Shown here: positions 56,146-64,000 of the stretch, piece after piece | Layout: each line of letters opens with the position of its first letter | How positions within the stretch are numbered: the stretch's first letter is position 1 | Assembly (NCBI GenBank): GCA_018648645.1 | Contig: JABGQS010000003.1 | Location: 1,791 to 65,790 of the forward strand | Origin: Clostridia bacterium | GTDB taxonomy: Bacteria; Bacillota; Clostridia; Christensenellales; SZUA-584 | DNA length: 64,000 bases | Reading direction: 5' to 3' | Position numbers and translations under genes: made by a program | Notes under the pieces: generated by a model | Seen by the model: the letters and a program-made list of their open reading frames with translations, nothing else | What the model was told of the DNA's origin: nothing | Databases searched by the model: none

Positions 56146-57810
56146 ATGAAAAAGTATAGTATCGGAGTCGATTTTGGCACGTTATCGGGGAGGGCTGTTC
56201 TGCTCGATTTACAGACAGGCAACGAGATTGCAGGCGCGGTCAAGGATTACACGCACGGAGTGATGGACGAGACTTTGCCGGACGGCACCAAGCTAGGGCA
56301 GGATTGGGCGTTGCAGCACCCTTCTGACTATCTGGAAGTGCTTGGCGAAACAATTCCTGCGATAATCAAGCAGGCTGGCATAAACAGCGAGCAAGTCGTC
56401 GGTTTGTCAATCGACTTTACTGCCAGCACCGTTATGCCGATAGACGCAGACGGGCAGCCGCTGTGCTTCTCGGGCGAGTACGCATCACGCCCACACGCGT
56501 ACATCAAGCTGTGGAAGCACCACGCAGCGCAGGAACAGGCAAACCGTCTGAACGAAATTGCAGAGCAGCGGGGCGAAGCCTTCCTCGACCGATACGGCAG
56601 AAAAATATCGTCCGAGTGGATGGTGCCAAAAGTCATGCAATTAGTCGATGAGGCGCCCGACATATACGACGCAATGGACAAGTTCATCGAAGCTACCGAC
56701 TGGGTGACAATGCAGCTGACAGGGCAGGAGAGGCGTGCGTGCTGCACAGCAGGTTACAAAGCAATTTGGCACAAGCAGACAGGCTATCCAAGCAAAGAGT
56801 TCTACAAGGCATTGAACCCCAAGCTTGAGAACTTCGTGAGCGAAAAGCTGTCAGAAGATATTTATCCGATGGGTGCAAAGGCCGGCGAAGTATGCGAAAC
56901 CGCAGCAAAGCTGACGGGTCTTAAAGTCGGCACAGCTGTGGCAGTCGGCAATGTCGATGCGCACGTGGCACTTCCCGCAGTCGGCATCACAAAGCCCGGC
57001 AAGCTGCTGATGATTATGGGAACATCTACGTGTCATATTTTTATGGGTGAAAAAGAATCCAACGTTCCCGGCATGTGCGGCGTGGTCGAAGACGGCGTTA
57101 TTCCCGGTTTCTACGGTTACGAAGCGGGTCAATCGTGTGTGGGCGACCACTTCGCGTGGTTTGTAGACAACTGCTGCCCTGCGGAGTATAAACAGCAGGC
57201 GCAGGCACAGGGCAAAGACATCCACGAGCTTTTGACAGACAAAGCTGACGCGCTCAACGTTGGAGAGTCCGGTCTCGTCGCGCTCGATTGGTGGAACGGC
57301 AACCGCAGCATACTCGTAGATGTAGACCTAACGGGCATGATTCTAGGCATGTCGCTGCAAACCAAGCCGGAAGAGATTTACCGCACGCTGATCGAAGCGA
57401 CGGCATACGGCACCAAAGTCATCATAGACCAGTTCGAGCAAAACGACGTTCCTATCGACGCACTTTACGCGTGTGGTGGCATAGCAGAAAAGAACGCAAT
57501 GATTATGCAAATCTACTCGGACGTCACCAATCGCGAAATTCGCATCTCCGCATCACCGCAGGCACCGGCGCTAGGCGCTGCCATGTTCGGCGCAGTCGCG
57601 GCAGGCGCAGATCGCGGTGGCTTTGACACCATCAGCGAGATTGCGCAAAAATTCGGCAAAATCAAAGACGTGGTATACAAGCCAATCCCAGAGAATGTGG
57701 CGGTGTATGCAAAGCTGTACGAAGAATACAAAACGCTGCACGACTACTTCGGAAAAGAGAACGACGTAATGAAGCGCCTGAAAGCCATCAGCGCGCAGCA
57801 AAGCCAATAG
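56146..57810 (+). CDS. araB: ribulokinase (FGGY family)
   Basis: [35 protein letters not shown]...[28 protein letters not shown] is colinear with Bacillus AraB. Confidence 0.9.
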   Translation: MKKYSIGVDFGTLSGRAVLLDLQTGNEIAGAVKDYTHGVMDETLPDGTKLGQDWALQHPSDYLEVLGETIPAIIKQAGINSEQVVGLSIDFTASTVMPIDADGQPLCFSGEYASRPHAYIKLWKHHAAQEQANRLNEIAEQRGEAFLDRYGRKISSEWMVPKVMQLVDEAPDIYDAMDKFIEATDWVTMQLTGQERRACCTAGYKAIWHKQTGYPSKEFYKALNPKLENFVSEKLSEDIYPMGAKAGEVCETAAKLTGLKVGTAVAVGNVDAHVALPAVGITKPGKLLMIMGTSTCHIFMGEKESNVPGMCGVVEDGVIPGFYGYEAGQSCVGDHFAWFVDNCCPAEYKQQAQAQGKDIHELLTDKADALNVGESGLVALDWWNGNRSILVDVDLTGMILGMSLQTKPEEIYRTLIEATAYGTKVIIDQFEQNDVPIDALYACGGIAEKNAMIMQIYSDVTNREIRISASPQAPALGAAMFGAVAAGADRGGFDTISEIAQKFGKIKDVVYKPIPENVAVYAKLYEEYKTLHDYFGKENDVMKRLKAISAQQSQ

Positions 57811-57825
57811 GAATATATCAGAACG

Positions 57826-57861
57826 CCCCTTCTACTGACATGCAGGAGGGGTATTTATTTT
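57826..57861 (+). terminator. rho-independent terminator after araB
   Basis: Stem ccccttct / aggagggg with one G-U pair, then tatttatttt. Confidence 0.6.
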
Positions 57862-57916
57862 GTAAATAATGGGTTATTGGTGTACAATATATGGGATAAT
57901 ATTATGGAGGTTTCAG

Positions 57917-58990
57917 ATGAAGAAGCTTATCTTGCTCGTATCGGCGCTAGTGCTGTTATTATCGGGCTGTACTGCAATATCTGAAAAGTATTTTGAGATT
58001 TTGTCATCAAGAATTGAAGATAATGAAGAGACGCAAATATCAAACATTTCGGAGCAGAATATTGAAATAATAGATTCTTTGATGGATCTAATGCAGCTTG
58101 ATGAATCCGAAAAATCTGTAGCAGGATTTACAAGTGAAAGTACATTTGGAGATGTTTTGGATGAAACGGATAACGGTAAAATCAGCACAGTTTTTCAAAC
58201 ATATTATTCTGAATTTGTAGGGTATCCGGCAGTAGCGACATATGTTTTCTGGAATATTAACGATGACACTGGGCGTAAAGATGTTGGCAATCCGACGCTT
58301 ACACTAATGACTTTCGATGTTTTTCGGGATGAATACAGTACAAGCGATAAGCAGATAGAAGAGATTATTGAAAGTATGGACGCGATACTGGGTGAACATT
58401 CAACTAACGAGTATCCTGGGTTTTACAAATGGGAAAATGAGGAATCTTATTGTAGCCTTAATACCGATACAGATTCTTTTGGATTGGGAGCTATTGCAAG
58501 GATACAAGCGTTTTCAAAGACAGAAATGGATTTATCGATTCTCTTTCCTTATCCGTTCGGTACAGATATATACACGGTATATAGTAATGAAAAGTCTTTT
58601 GAGCTTCTTGAATGGTTCACAGAAGATATGTATACATATCATTTCGACGATTATTCAAATCATCTGATATACGACGATGGTGAGACCAGCGTCTGTCTTT
58701 TCTTTGATATAGAAGATTCGGACTTAAAACTCGGAGGGGCATCTCTTCAAACTAATCTGCAGAGTGCAGATATTGAAGAGATAGATGAAGGTTTGGAATA
58801 TTTCGGAGATAGGATGGAAGATATTCTTGGGCCTGCAGATTCGAGGGATATCACTCATTATTACAATTCGCTCAACCTTTCTATGGAATGGCCGGGGCTA
58901 GGGGTTAGAGCTCACGAATGGAGTGATGAAACCTATTCAATATTTATTGATTTTTCAGAGGGTTATTTTACGGATAATTACGACGGATAA
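57917..58990 (+). CDS. putative lipoprotein, acidic, unknown function
   Basis: Trimmed to ATG 57917, with GGAGG at 57906-57910. MKKLILLVSALVLLLSGC lipobox. Very AT-rich coding sequence. Confidence 0.65.
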   Translation: MKKLILLVSALVLLLSGCTAISEKYFEILSSRIEDNEETQISNISEQNIEIIDSLMDLMQLDESEKSVAGFTSESTFGDVLDETDNGKISTVFQTYYSEFVGYPAVATYVFWNINDDTGRKDVGNPTLTLMTFDVFRDEYSTSDKQIEEIIESMDAILGEHSTNEYPGFYKWENEESYCSLNTDTDSFGLGAIARIQAFSKTEMDLSILFPYPFGTDIYTVYSNEKSFELLEWFTEDMYTYHFDDYSNHLIYDDGETSVCLFFDIEDSDLKLGGASLQTNLQSADIEEIDEGLEYFGDRMEDILGPADSRDITHYYNSLNLSMEWPGLGVRAHEWSDETYSIFIDFSEGYFTDNYDG

Positions 58991-59109
58991 TTACATCGGT
59001 TAATAGAAGATGACCTTATCCCGCAAAACAGGTCGATATTGATTGTTCGTTTTCATACAGATTTCCTTTAACTATCCTAATTCACCTAATACTTGGGAAA
59101 TAAGCAGCA

Positions 59110-60834
59110 TTACTTCACAAGCAACTTATCAAACAACTCTTTATCCGGATCCACAATCACAGTATTATATCCTTCATAAACAACATACCCCGGTTTGCTG
59201 CCGTTCGGCTTTCTCACATTTTTGCGCGGCGCATAGTCTACAGGCACTTTGCTCGAGCCCTTCGCCTTGCTTAGCGTCGCAGCAATCGCCGCCGCTTCAA
59301 GCAGGGTAGAGTCCGGCAGATTCTCATCCGCGCCTACAATCAACACGTGCGATCCAGGTATGTCTTTGGTGTGCAGCCAAAGGTCATTCGGCTCAGCCGT
59401 CTTCATGGTCAGCGTATCGTTCTGACGGTTGTTTTTTCCGGCGAATATCGTATATCCGTCTGTTGATATAAACTTATATGGGCTCGAAGGCTGCTGTGTT
59501 GCCTTTGTCTTCGCAGCAAGAGTGGATATCACGCCCGCTTTGCTCAACTCATACTCAACTTCCTTAAGCTCGTCCAAACGCTCGCAGTTGTCCAGCGACA
59601 ATTGCACACTTTCAAGAAACGCAATTTCCTTTTTATTTGCGTTCATACGCTTCGCCGTAATCGGCAATCCCGCTTTTCGCTTATTATACTTTTTATAATT
59701 GAGCTGCGCGTTTGCGGAAGGCGACAGCCGCGCATCCAGCGGGATCTGCAAATCCTCACCCGTATGATAATCCTGCGCTTCCAGCAGGCGCATACCCTTT
59801 TCGATGCGGTATATGTTCGCCGTGATAATATCGCCGTACACCTTAAACTTCTCGGCTTTTTTCGCTTTGCCCATCGTGTCGTGCTGCTTTTTCAAAATAT
59901 ACGACAATTTGTCAATCTTCTTTGCCACTTTCTTGTGCAGCGCAGCTCGCTTCTTGTTAATCATCGACACGTCCGCCACGCTCTTGTAAAAGCTGTCCAG
60001 CATTTCGTTCATGCTGCCCGCTGTCAGGGCGCTTTCATACGCTACGCAGTGATACACAATCGGCGAATAGAAAAACGGCTCGCTTCGTGAATACACAGTA
60101 GGGCTAAGTATTTGCAGCTCGTCAACAAATGAGACGATAACACTAGCCAGCTTCTCCGGCTCTCGTTGCACATCTTCATACCCGCCCGGCATATACCGAT
60201 ACAGCATCTCGTCTGCTGTCTGTCTCGACACGCCTTGTAAAAACTGCGATAGGTACTGGCGAATCCTCTTATCGCCCCGCTTTTCCAGCATTTCTACCAG
60301 AGTCGCCTTCGATATGGTCAGCAGATTCAGCTTGCTTGAGCGCGGCAGCACATACTCCAGCGACGGCATAACCTGTCGCACACGGCTGAGTGACTTTGTC
60401 ACGTGCTTCAAACTGTCCATAATCACGCCGCCCTCATTAACGAGTATCACGTTGCTGTATTTGCCCATCAGCTCACAAACCAATGTCAGCCTGCGCGTAA
60501 GCCCAAGCTCGTCCTTCGCCTCAAGCGTGATGTTGACGATGCGCTCCAGCCCGTCCTGCTCAACAGCCGATACCTTAGAGCTGCCAATGTACTTTCGCAG
60601 AAACATACAGAACATGGGCGGCTTTTTCGGGTTCTCAAGTTTATGTTGCGTCATATGCATGCGCGAATCAAACGCACCCGCGCAAATCAACAGCTTTACG
60701 TTCTTGCCCGGCGCCCTGAAAGACAGCACCAGCGTGCTCGGCTGTGGTTGTTGCACCTTGTCCACCTTGCACCCGACTATCATGTTTTCAATTTCCTGCA
60801 CCGCATAGTGCAGCGTCAATCCGTCTATCGTCAT
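59110..60834 (-). CDS. rqcH: NFACT-family ribosome quality-control protein RqcH (FbpA-like)
   Basis: Track ORF 59110-61590. Only the part from MTIDGLTLHYAVQEIE (ATG 60834, alternative ATG 60852) is homologous. C-terminal DUF814 box WLHTKDIPGSHVLI. The upstream 246 codons are antisense to proA. Confidence 0.85.
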   Translation of the reverse strand: MTIDGLTLHYAVQEIENMIVGCKVDKVQQPQPSTLVLSFRAPGKNVKLLICAGAFDSRMHMTQHKLENPKKPPMFCMFLRKYIGSSKVSAVEQDGLERIVNITLEAKDELGLTRRLTLVCELMGKYSNVILVNEGGVIMDSLKHVTKSLSRVRQVMPSLEYVLPRSSKLNLLTISKATLVEMLEKRGDKRIRQYLSQFLQGVSRQTADEMLYRYMPGGYEDVQREPEKLASVIVSFVDELQILSPTVYSRSEPFFYSPIVYHCVAYESALTAGSMNEMLDSFYKSVADVSMINKKRAALHKKVAKKIDKLSYILKKQHDTMGKAKKAEKFKVYGDIITANIYRIEKGMRLLEAQDYHTGEDLQIPLDARLSPSANAQLNYKKYNKRKAGLPITAKRMNANKKEIAFLESVQLSLDNCERLDELKEVEYELSKAGVISTLAAKTKATQQPSSPYKFISTDGYTIFAGKNNRQNDTLTMKTAEPNDLWLHTKDIPGSHVLIVGADENLPDSTLLEAAAIAATLSKAKGSSKVPVDYAPRKNVRKPNGSKPGYVVYEGYNTVIVDPDKELFDKLLVK

Positions 60835-60856
60835 AGTGTCTTCATTATACATGGTG

Positions 60857-60885
60857 GTGACATTGTTTGTAAATGATGTTATAAT
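60857..60885 (+). promoter_or_regulatory. sigma-A-type promoter for proA
   Basis: GTGACA, 17 nt, TATAAT with an extended TGt. It lies about 30 nt before the proA ATG. Confidence 0.6.
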
Positions 60886-60913
60886 CATAAAATAATAATT
60901 ATTGGAGGACGAT

Positions 60914-62149
60914 ATGCAACACGTTAAAGATAAAGCGATTAGCGCGAAGCAGGCCAGCATGGCTCTGGGATACATGGGCATTGACGAGAAAAACACCGTG
61001 CTGCAAAGCATTGCCGACGCTCTGCGCGCAAACACAAACGATATATTGGCTGCCAACAAAGTCGATCTTAACAACGGCGCCAAAAACGGCACGTCCAAAT
61101 CAATGCTGGATCGCCTTGCTCTGTCAGAAGAGCGGATCGAAGGCATGGCTTTGGGCTTAGAGAAAGTTATCGGTCTTGAAGACCCGATCGGCGAGGTCGT
61201 CAGTACGATAAAGCGCCCAAACGGACTTACTATCGGCAAAAAGCGCGTTCCTTTCGGCGTCATAGGTATCATATACGAAGCGCGCCCAAACGTTACATCC
61301 GACGCCATGGGTCTTTGCATCAAGACGGGCAACGCAGTGGTTCTGCGGGGTGGCAGCGACGCCATCAACTCCAACGCAGCGATTGTTAAGGTCGCGCAAG
61401 CGGCGGCATACAGCGCAGGCTTGCCAAACGGCGCGATACAGCTTATCGAAGACACCTCGCGCGAAGCGGCAACATATATGATGAAACTAAACGGACTTAT
61501 CGACGTATTGATACCGCGCGGCGGCGCAGGTCTAATCCAATCTATCGTCAAGAACGCAACCGTCCCGGTTATTGAGACGGGTGTCGGCAACTGTCACGTT
61601 TTCGTCGACGAAAGCGCCGACCTAAAAATGGGCGCAGACATTATCTACTACGCCAAAACGAGCAGACCGTCCGTTTGCAACTCGGCCGAAACTCTGCTGG
61701 TGCACGAAGCGGTGGCAGAAAAATTCCTACCGATGATGGCAGACAAACTAGCTGAGGTAGAGCTTCGCGGATGCGATAAAACGCGCGCGATAATCGACGT
61801 CAAAGCGGCTACCGAAGAAGACTATTACACAGAGTTTAACGACTTCATACTCGCTGTCAAGGTTGTGGGCAGTGTGGACGAAGCAATCGACCACATTAAT
61901 AAATACAGCACCAGCCACAGCGAAGCAATTGTAACGTACTGCTACGACAACTCCGAAAAGTTTTTGGAGCGTGTCGACTCGGCTGCTGTGTACGTCAACG
62001 CTTCCACGCGTTTCACCGACGGCGAAGAATTCGGCTTTGGCGCAGAAATTGGCATCAGCACACAAAAACTGCACGCGCGCGGCCCGATGGGGCTTAAAGA
62101 GCTGACAACGTACAAATACATTATTCGCGGTAGCGGACAACTGCGATAA
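60914..62149 (+). CDS. proA: glutamate-5-semialdehyde dehydrogenase (gamma-glutamyl phosphate reductase)
   Basis: Trimmed to ATG 60914, with GGAGG at 60904-60908. VIGIIYEARPNVT and catalytic Cys context RPSVCNSAETLLVH. Confidence 0.95.
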   Translation: MQHVKDKAISAKQASMALGYMGIDEKNTVLQSIADALRANTNDILAANKVDLNNGAKNGTSKSMLDRLALSEERIEGMALGLEKVIGLEDPIGEVVSTIKRPNGLTIGKKRVPFGVIGIIYEARPNVTSDAMGLCIKTGNAVVLRGGSDAINSNAAIVKVAQAAAYSAGLPNGAIQLIEDTSREAATYMMKLNGLIDVLIPRGGAGLIQSIVKNATVPVIETGVGNCHVFVDESADLKMGADIIYYAKTSRPSVCNSAETLLVHEAVAEKFLPMMADKLAEVELRGCDKTRAIIDVKAATEEDYYTEFNDFILAVKVVGSVDEAIDHINKYSTSHSEAIVTYCYDNSEKFLERVDSAAVYVNASTRFTDGEEFGFGAEIGISTQKLHARGPMGLKELTTYKYIIRGSGQLR

Positions 62150-62176
62150 AAAACATAAGGGGTAAAATTAAATCAT

Positions 62177-62920
62177 ATGAAGAAAAGAAACGGCGATGTA
62201 GCGCTTACAATAATTCTGGTAATTATTTCAATGGCTTTATATGCCACGCACCCACTGGTATTTAGAAATGTAGAACACGTCACTATATTTGCACTCAGCG
62301 ACTTTGCGTTTATGCCCATAGAGGTTATTTTCGTTACATTGATTTTCCACAGGGTACTTGCAAGCAACGAAAAAAAGAAGAAGATCAGCAAACTCTATAT
62401 GGTTATCGAAACGTTTTTCAGCGAAGTAGGTACAGAGTTGCTTCGGGCGTTTGCGCATAGCGATACTTCGCTTTCAGAAATCGAAAACGAGATAGACATA
62501 AAACATACTTGGAGCGACAAGGACTTCAAGAATCGCACAAAACTTATCGAAGCATATTGCCCTGAAATTAAGATGGACGGGGGCGACTTTGAAGCGATCG
62601 ACATGATGCTGCAAGAGTGCCGTCCCGAGCTTCTGCGGCTTCTCGAAAACCCGACATTGCTCGAGCACGAAACGTTTACAGAGGTGCTGATGGCGGTTTT
62701 TCATCTTGCGGAAGAGCTTCGTCTGCGGTATGATTTCCGCGAGCTTAAAAACGCCGACAACGACCATCTTATCGGCGATGTAAGAAGAGCGTACATACTG
62801 CTCGGTGCAGAGTGGGTAAATTACATCAACCATATGCGGGTGCACTACCCATACCTATACAGTCTCTCTGTGCGCAACAACCCATTCAAACCAACGTGCG
62901 ATGTGCAGATAAAGGAATAG
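62177..62920 (+). CDS. hypothetical membrane protein (2 TM plus a helical cytoplasmic domain)
   Basis: 247-aa ORF with upstream AAGGGG. TM segments VALTIILVIISMALYA and FAFMPIEVIFVTLIF. No family recognised. Confidence 0.55.
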   Translation: MKKRNGDVALTIILVIISMALYATHPLVFRNVEHVTIFALSDFAFMPIEVIFVTLIFHRVLASNEKKKKISKLYMVIETFFSEVGTELLRAFAHSDTSLSEIENEIDIKHTWSDKDFKNRTKLIEAYCPEIKMDGGDFEAIDMMLQECRPELLRLLENPTLLEHETFTEVLMAVFHLAEELRLRYDFRELKNADNDHLIGDVRRAYILLGAEWVNYINHMRVHYPYLYSLSVRNNPFKPTCDVQIKE

Positions 62921-62955
62921 CAACTTTACGCAGACTGCTATGCAAAGGATGAAAT

Positions 62956-64000
62956 TTGAAAAAAACGAACTTTTATAAAAAACTAATAGCACTAGCTGTG
63001 CCAATTATATTGCAACAATTAATCGCCGCTTCACTAAACCTCGTTGACAATCTCATGATTGGTCAGCTTGGCGAGGAGAGCATCGCATCGGTCGGGATTG
63101 CCAACCAAGTTTACTTTATTGTAATCCTGTTCATCTTTGGAATAACAGGCGGTGCGTCCATATTCTTCGCGCAATTCTGGGGCAAAAAAGACTTGGACAG
63201 CATCCACAAAACGCTCGGTGTCGCGTTGATGCTGACGCTTATCAGTAGCGCTGCTTTCACGTTGGCGGCTGCGGCTTTCCCGCGTTTTGTTATCGGCATA
63301 TTCTCGGCAGACCCGGCAGTCATCGAGGCGGGCTCGCAGTATATCTCCATCGCGGCACTGTCATATATTCCATACGCAATTTCGTCCGTGTTCTTCGCGG
63401 TATTCAGAAGCACTGGCAGACCAAGAATACCGCTGTTTACCAGCGCCATCGCACTTGCGCTAAACACACTACTTAACTATATGCTTATACTTGGCAACTT
63501 TGGCATGCCGGCGCTCGGCGTGCGGGGTGCGGCCATCGCTACTCTCACCGCAAGGCTGGTCGAGGTTACCATTATACTTTTGATTGCATACAACGGCAAA
63601 AACCACCTTGGTGCAAAAATTACAGAGCTTTTCAGCTTCTCTAGGCTGTTTTTCAAAAAGCTGATGAGCAAAATGACATTGGTTATTCTCAACGACGGCA
63701 TATGGGGTCTAGGTACTGCCGGCTACACGATTATGTATGCGCGCATGGGTACGGGCGTTATCGCCGCCATGACCATAGCAAACACGCTGTTCAACTTCTT
63801 GTTCATATTCGCCTTGGGCATCGGCAGCGGTCTTGCAATCATGGTTGGCAACAGCCTTGGTGCAGACAAATTCGACCAAGCCAAACGCTACGCACACAAA
63901 GGCATCATTGCTGCGGCACTCACAGGCGTATTCGTCGCGCTCGTCATGCTTGTTTTCCGCGACATCATTCTCTCGCTATACAGCATTCAAGAAGATGTGT
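62956..64000 (+). CDS. MATE-family efflux transporter, partial (continues beyond window end), TTG start
   Basis: Not in the ORF track because it has no stop in the window. Hand translation from TTG 62956: LKKTNFYKKLIALAVPIILQQLIAASLNLVDNLMIGQLGEESIASVGIANQVYF..., the classic MATE N-terminus. The frame stays open to 64000. Confidence 0.85.
   Translation, partial: MKKTNFYKKLIALAVPIILQQLIAASLNLVDNLMIGQLGEESIASVGIANQVYFIVILFIFGITGGASIFFAQFWGKKDLDSIHKTLGVALMLTLISSAAFTLAAAAFPRFVIGIFSADPAVIEAGSQYISIAALSYIPYAISSVFFAVFRSTGRPRIPLFTSAIALALNTLLNYMLILGNFGMPALGVRGAAIATLTARLVEVTIILLIAYNGKNHLGAKITELFSFSRLFFKKLMSKMTLVILNDGIWGLGTAGYTIMYARMGTGVIAAMTIANTLFNFLFIFALGIGSGLAIMVGNSLGADKFDQAKRYAHKGIIAAALTGVFVALVMLVFRDIILSLYSIQEDV

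Noticed and set aside
60853-61590. N-terminal 246-codon extension of the 826-aa minus-strand ORF (would make a giant RqcH)
   Set aside because: The extension is antisense to the strongly supported proA gene and shows no NFACT homology. RqcH homology begins at MTIDGLTLHY (ATG 60834).

Overview
This 64-kb window looks like a chromosomal segment from a mid-GC Bacillota genome of Clostridia type. That assignment is an inference from gene content and synteny. I call about 60 protein-coding genes. By eye I found no rRNA, tRNA, CRISPR array, transposase, integrase or phage genes.

Most of the window is conserved housekeeping arranged in long co-directional arrays:
- Minus strand: rnj, ylbF-like, mltG, U32/TrhP-like.
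- Minus strand, about 13.9 kb with very small gaps: rbgA, rnhB, yraN, [GT-C, PMT-like, gtrA], comM, dprA, topA, trmFO, hslV, hslU.
- Plus strand: L20-leader, infC (apparent ATA start), rpmI, rplT.
- Plus strand: ruvC, ruvA, ruvB, queA, tgt, yajC.
- Minus strand: speD, speA-like, speE, speB.

Accessory or unknown content is interspersed between these blocks:
- Two paralogous zinc-ribbon / 41-residue-repeat membrane proteins bracket an SDR oxidoreductase (35.8-39.7 kb).
- A chimeric gene joins the N-terminal half of a GT4 glycosyltransferase to a PlsC-type acyltransferase, and sits next to its full-length GT4 paralogue (44.8-47.6 kb).
- A gtrA + two GT-C glycosyltransferase trio is inserted between yraN and comM.
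- An orphan RbsC-like permease is fused to a zinc ribbon and a Pro-rich repeat.
- Tandem SleB-like hydrolases.
- A LemA-DUF2207 pair.
- Two strongly AT-rich single-gene insertions of unknown function.

I did not find a canonical defence or mobile system. The best candidates for undescribed biology are the ZnR-repeat/SDR/ZnR-repeat island and the GT4N::PlsC + GT4 pair. Both are hypotheses only. All calls come from motif recognition in the supplied ORF translations plus hand reading of the DNA. No database search, HMM or folding program was run.
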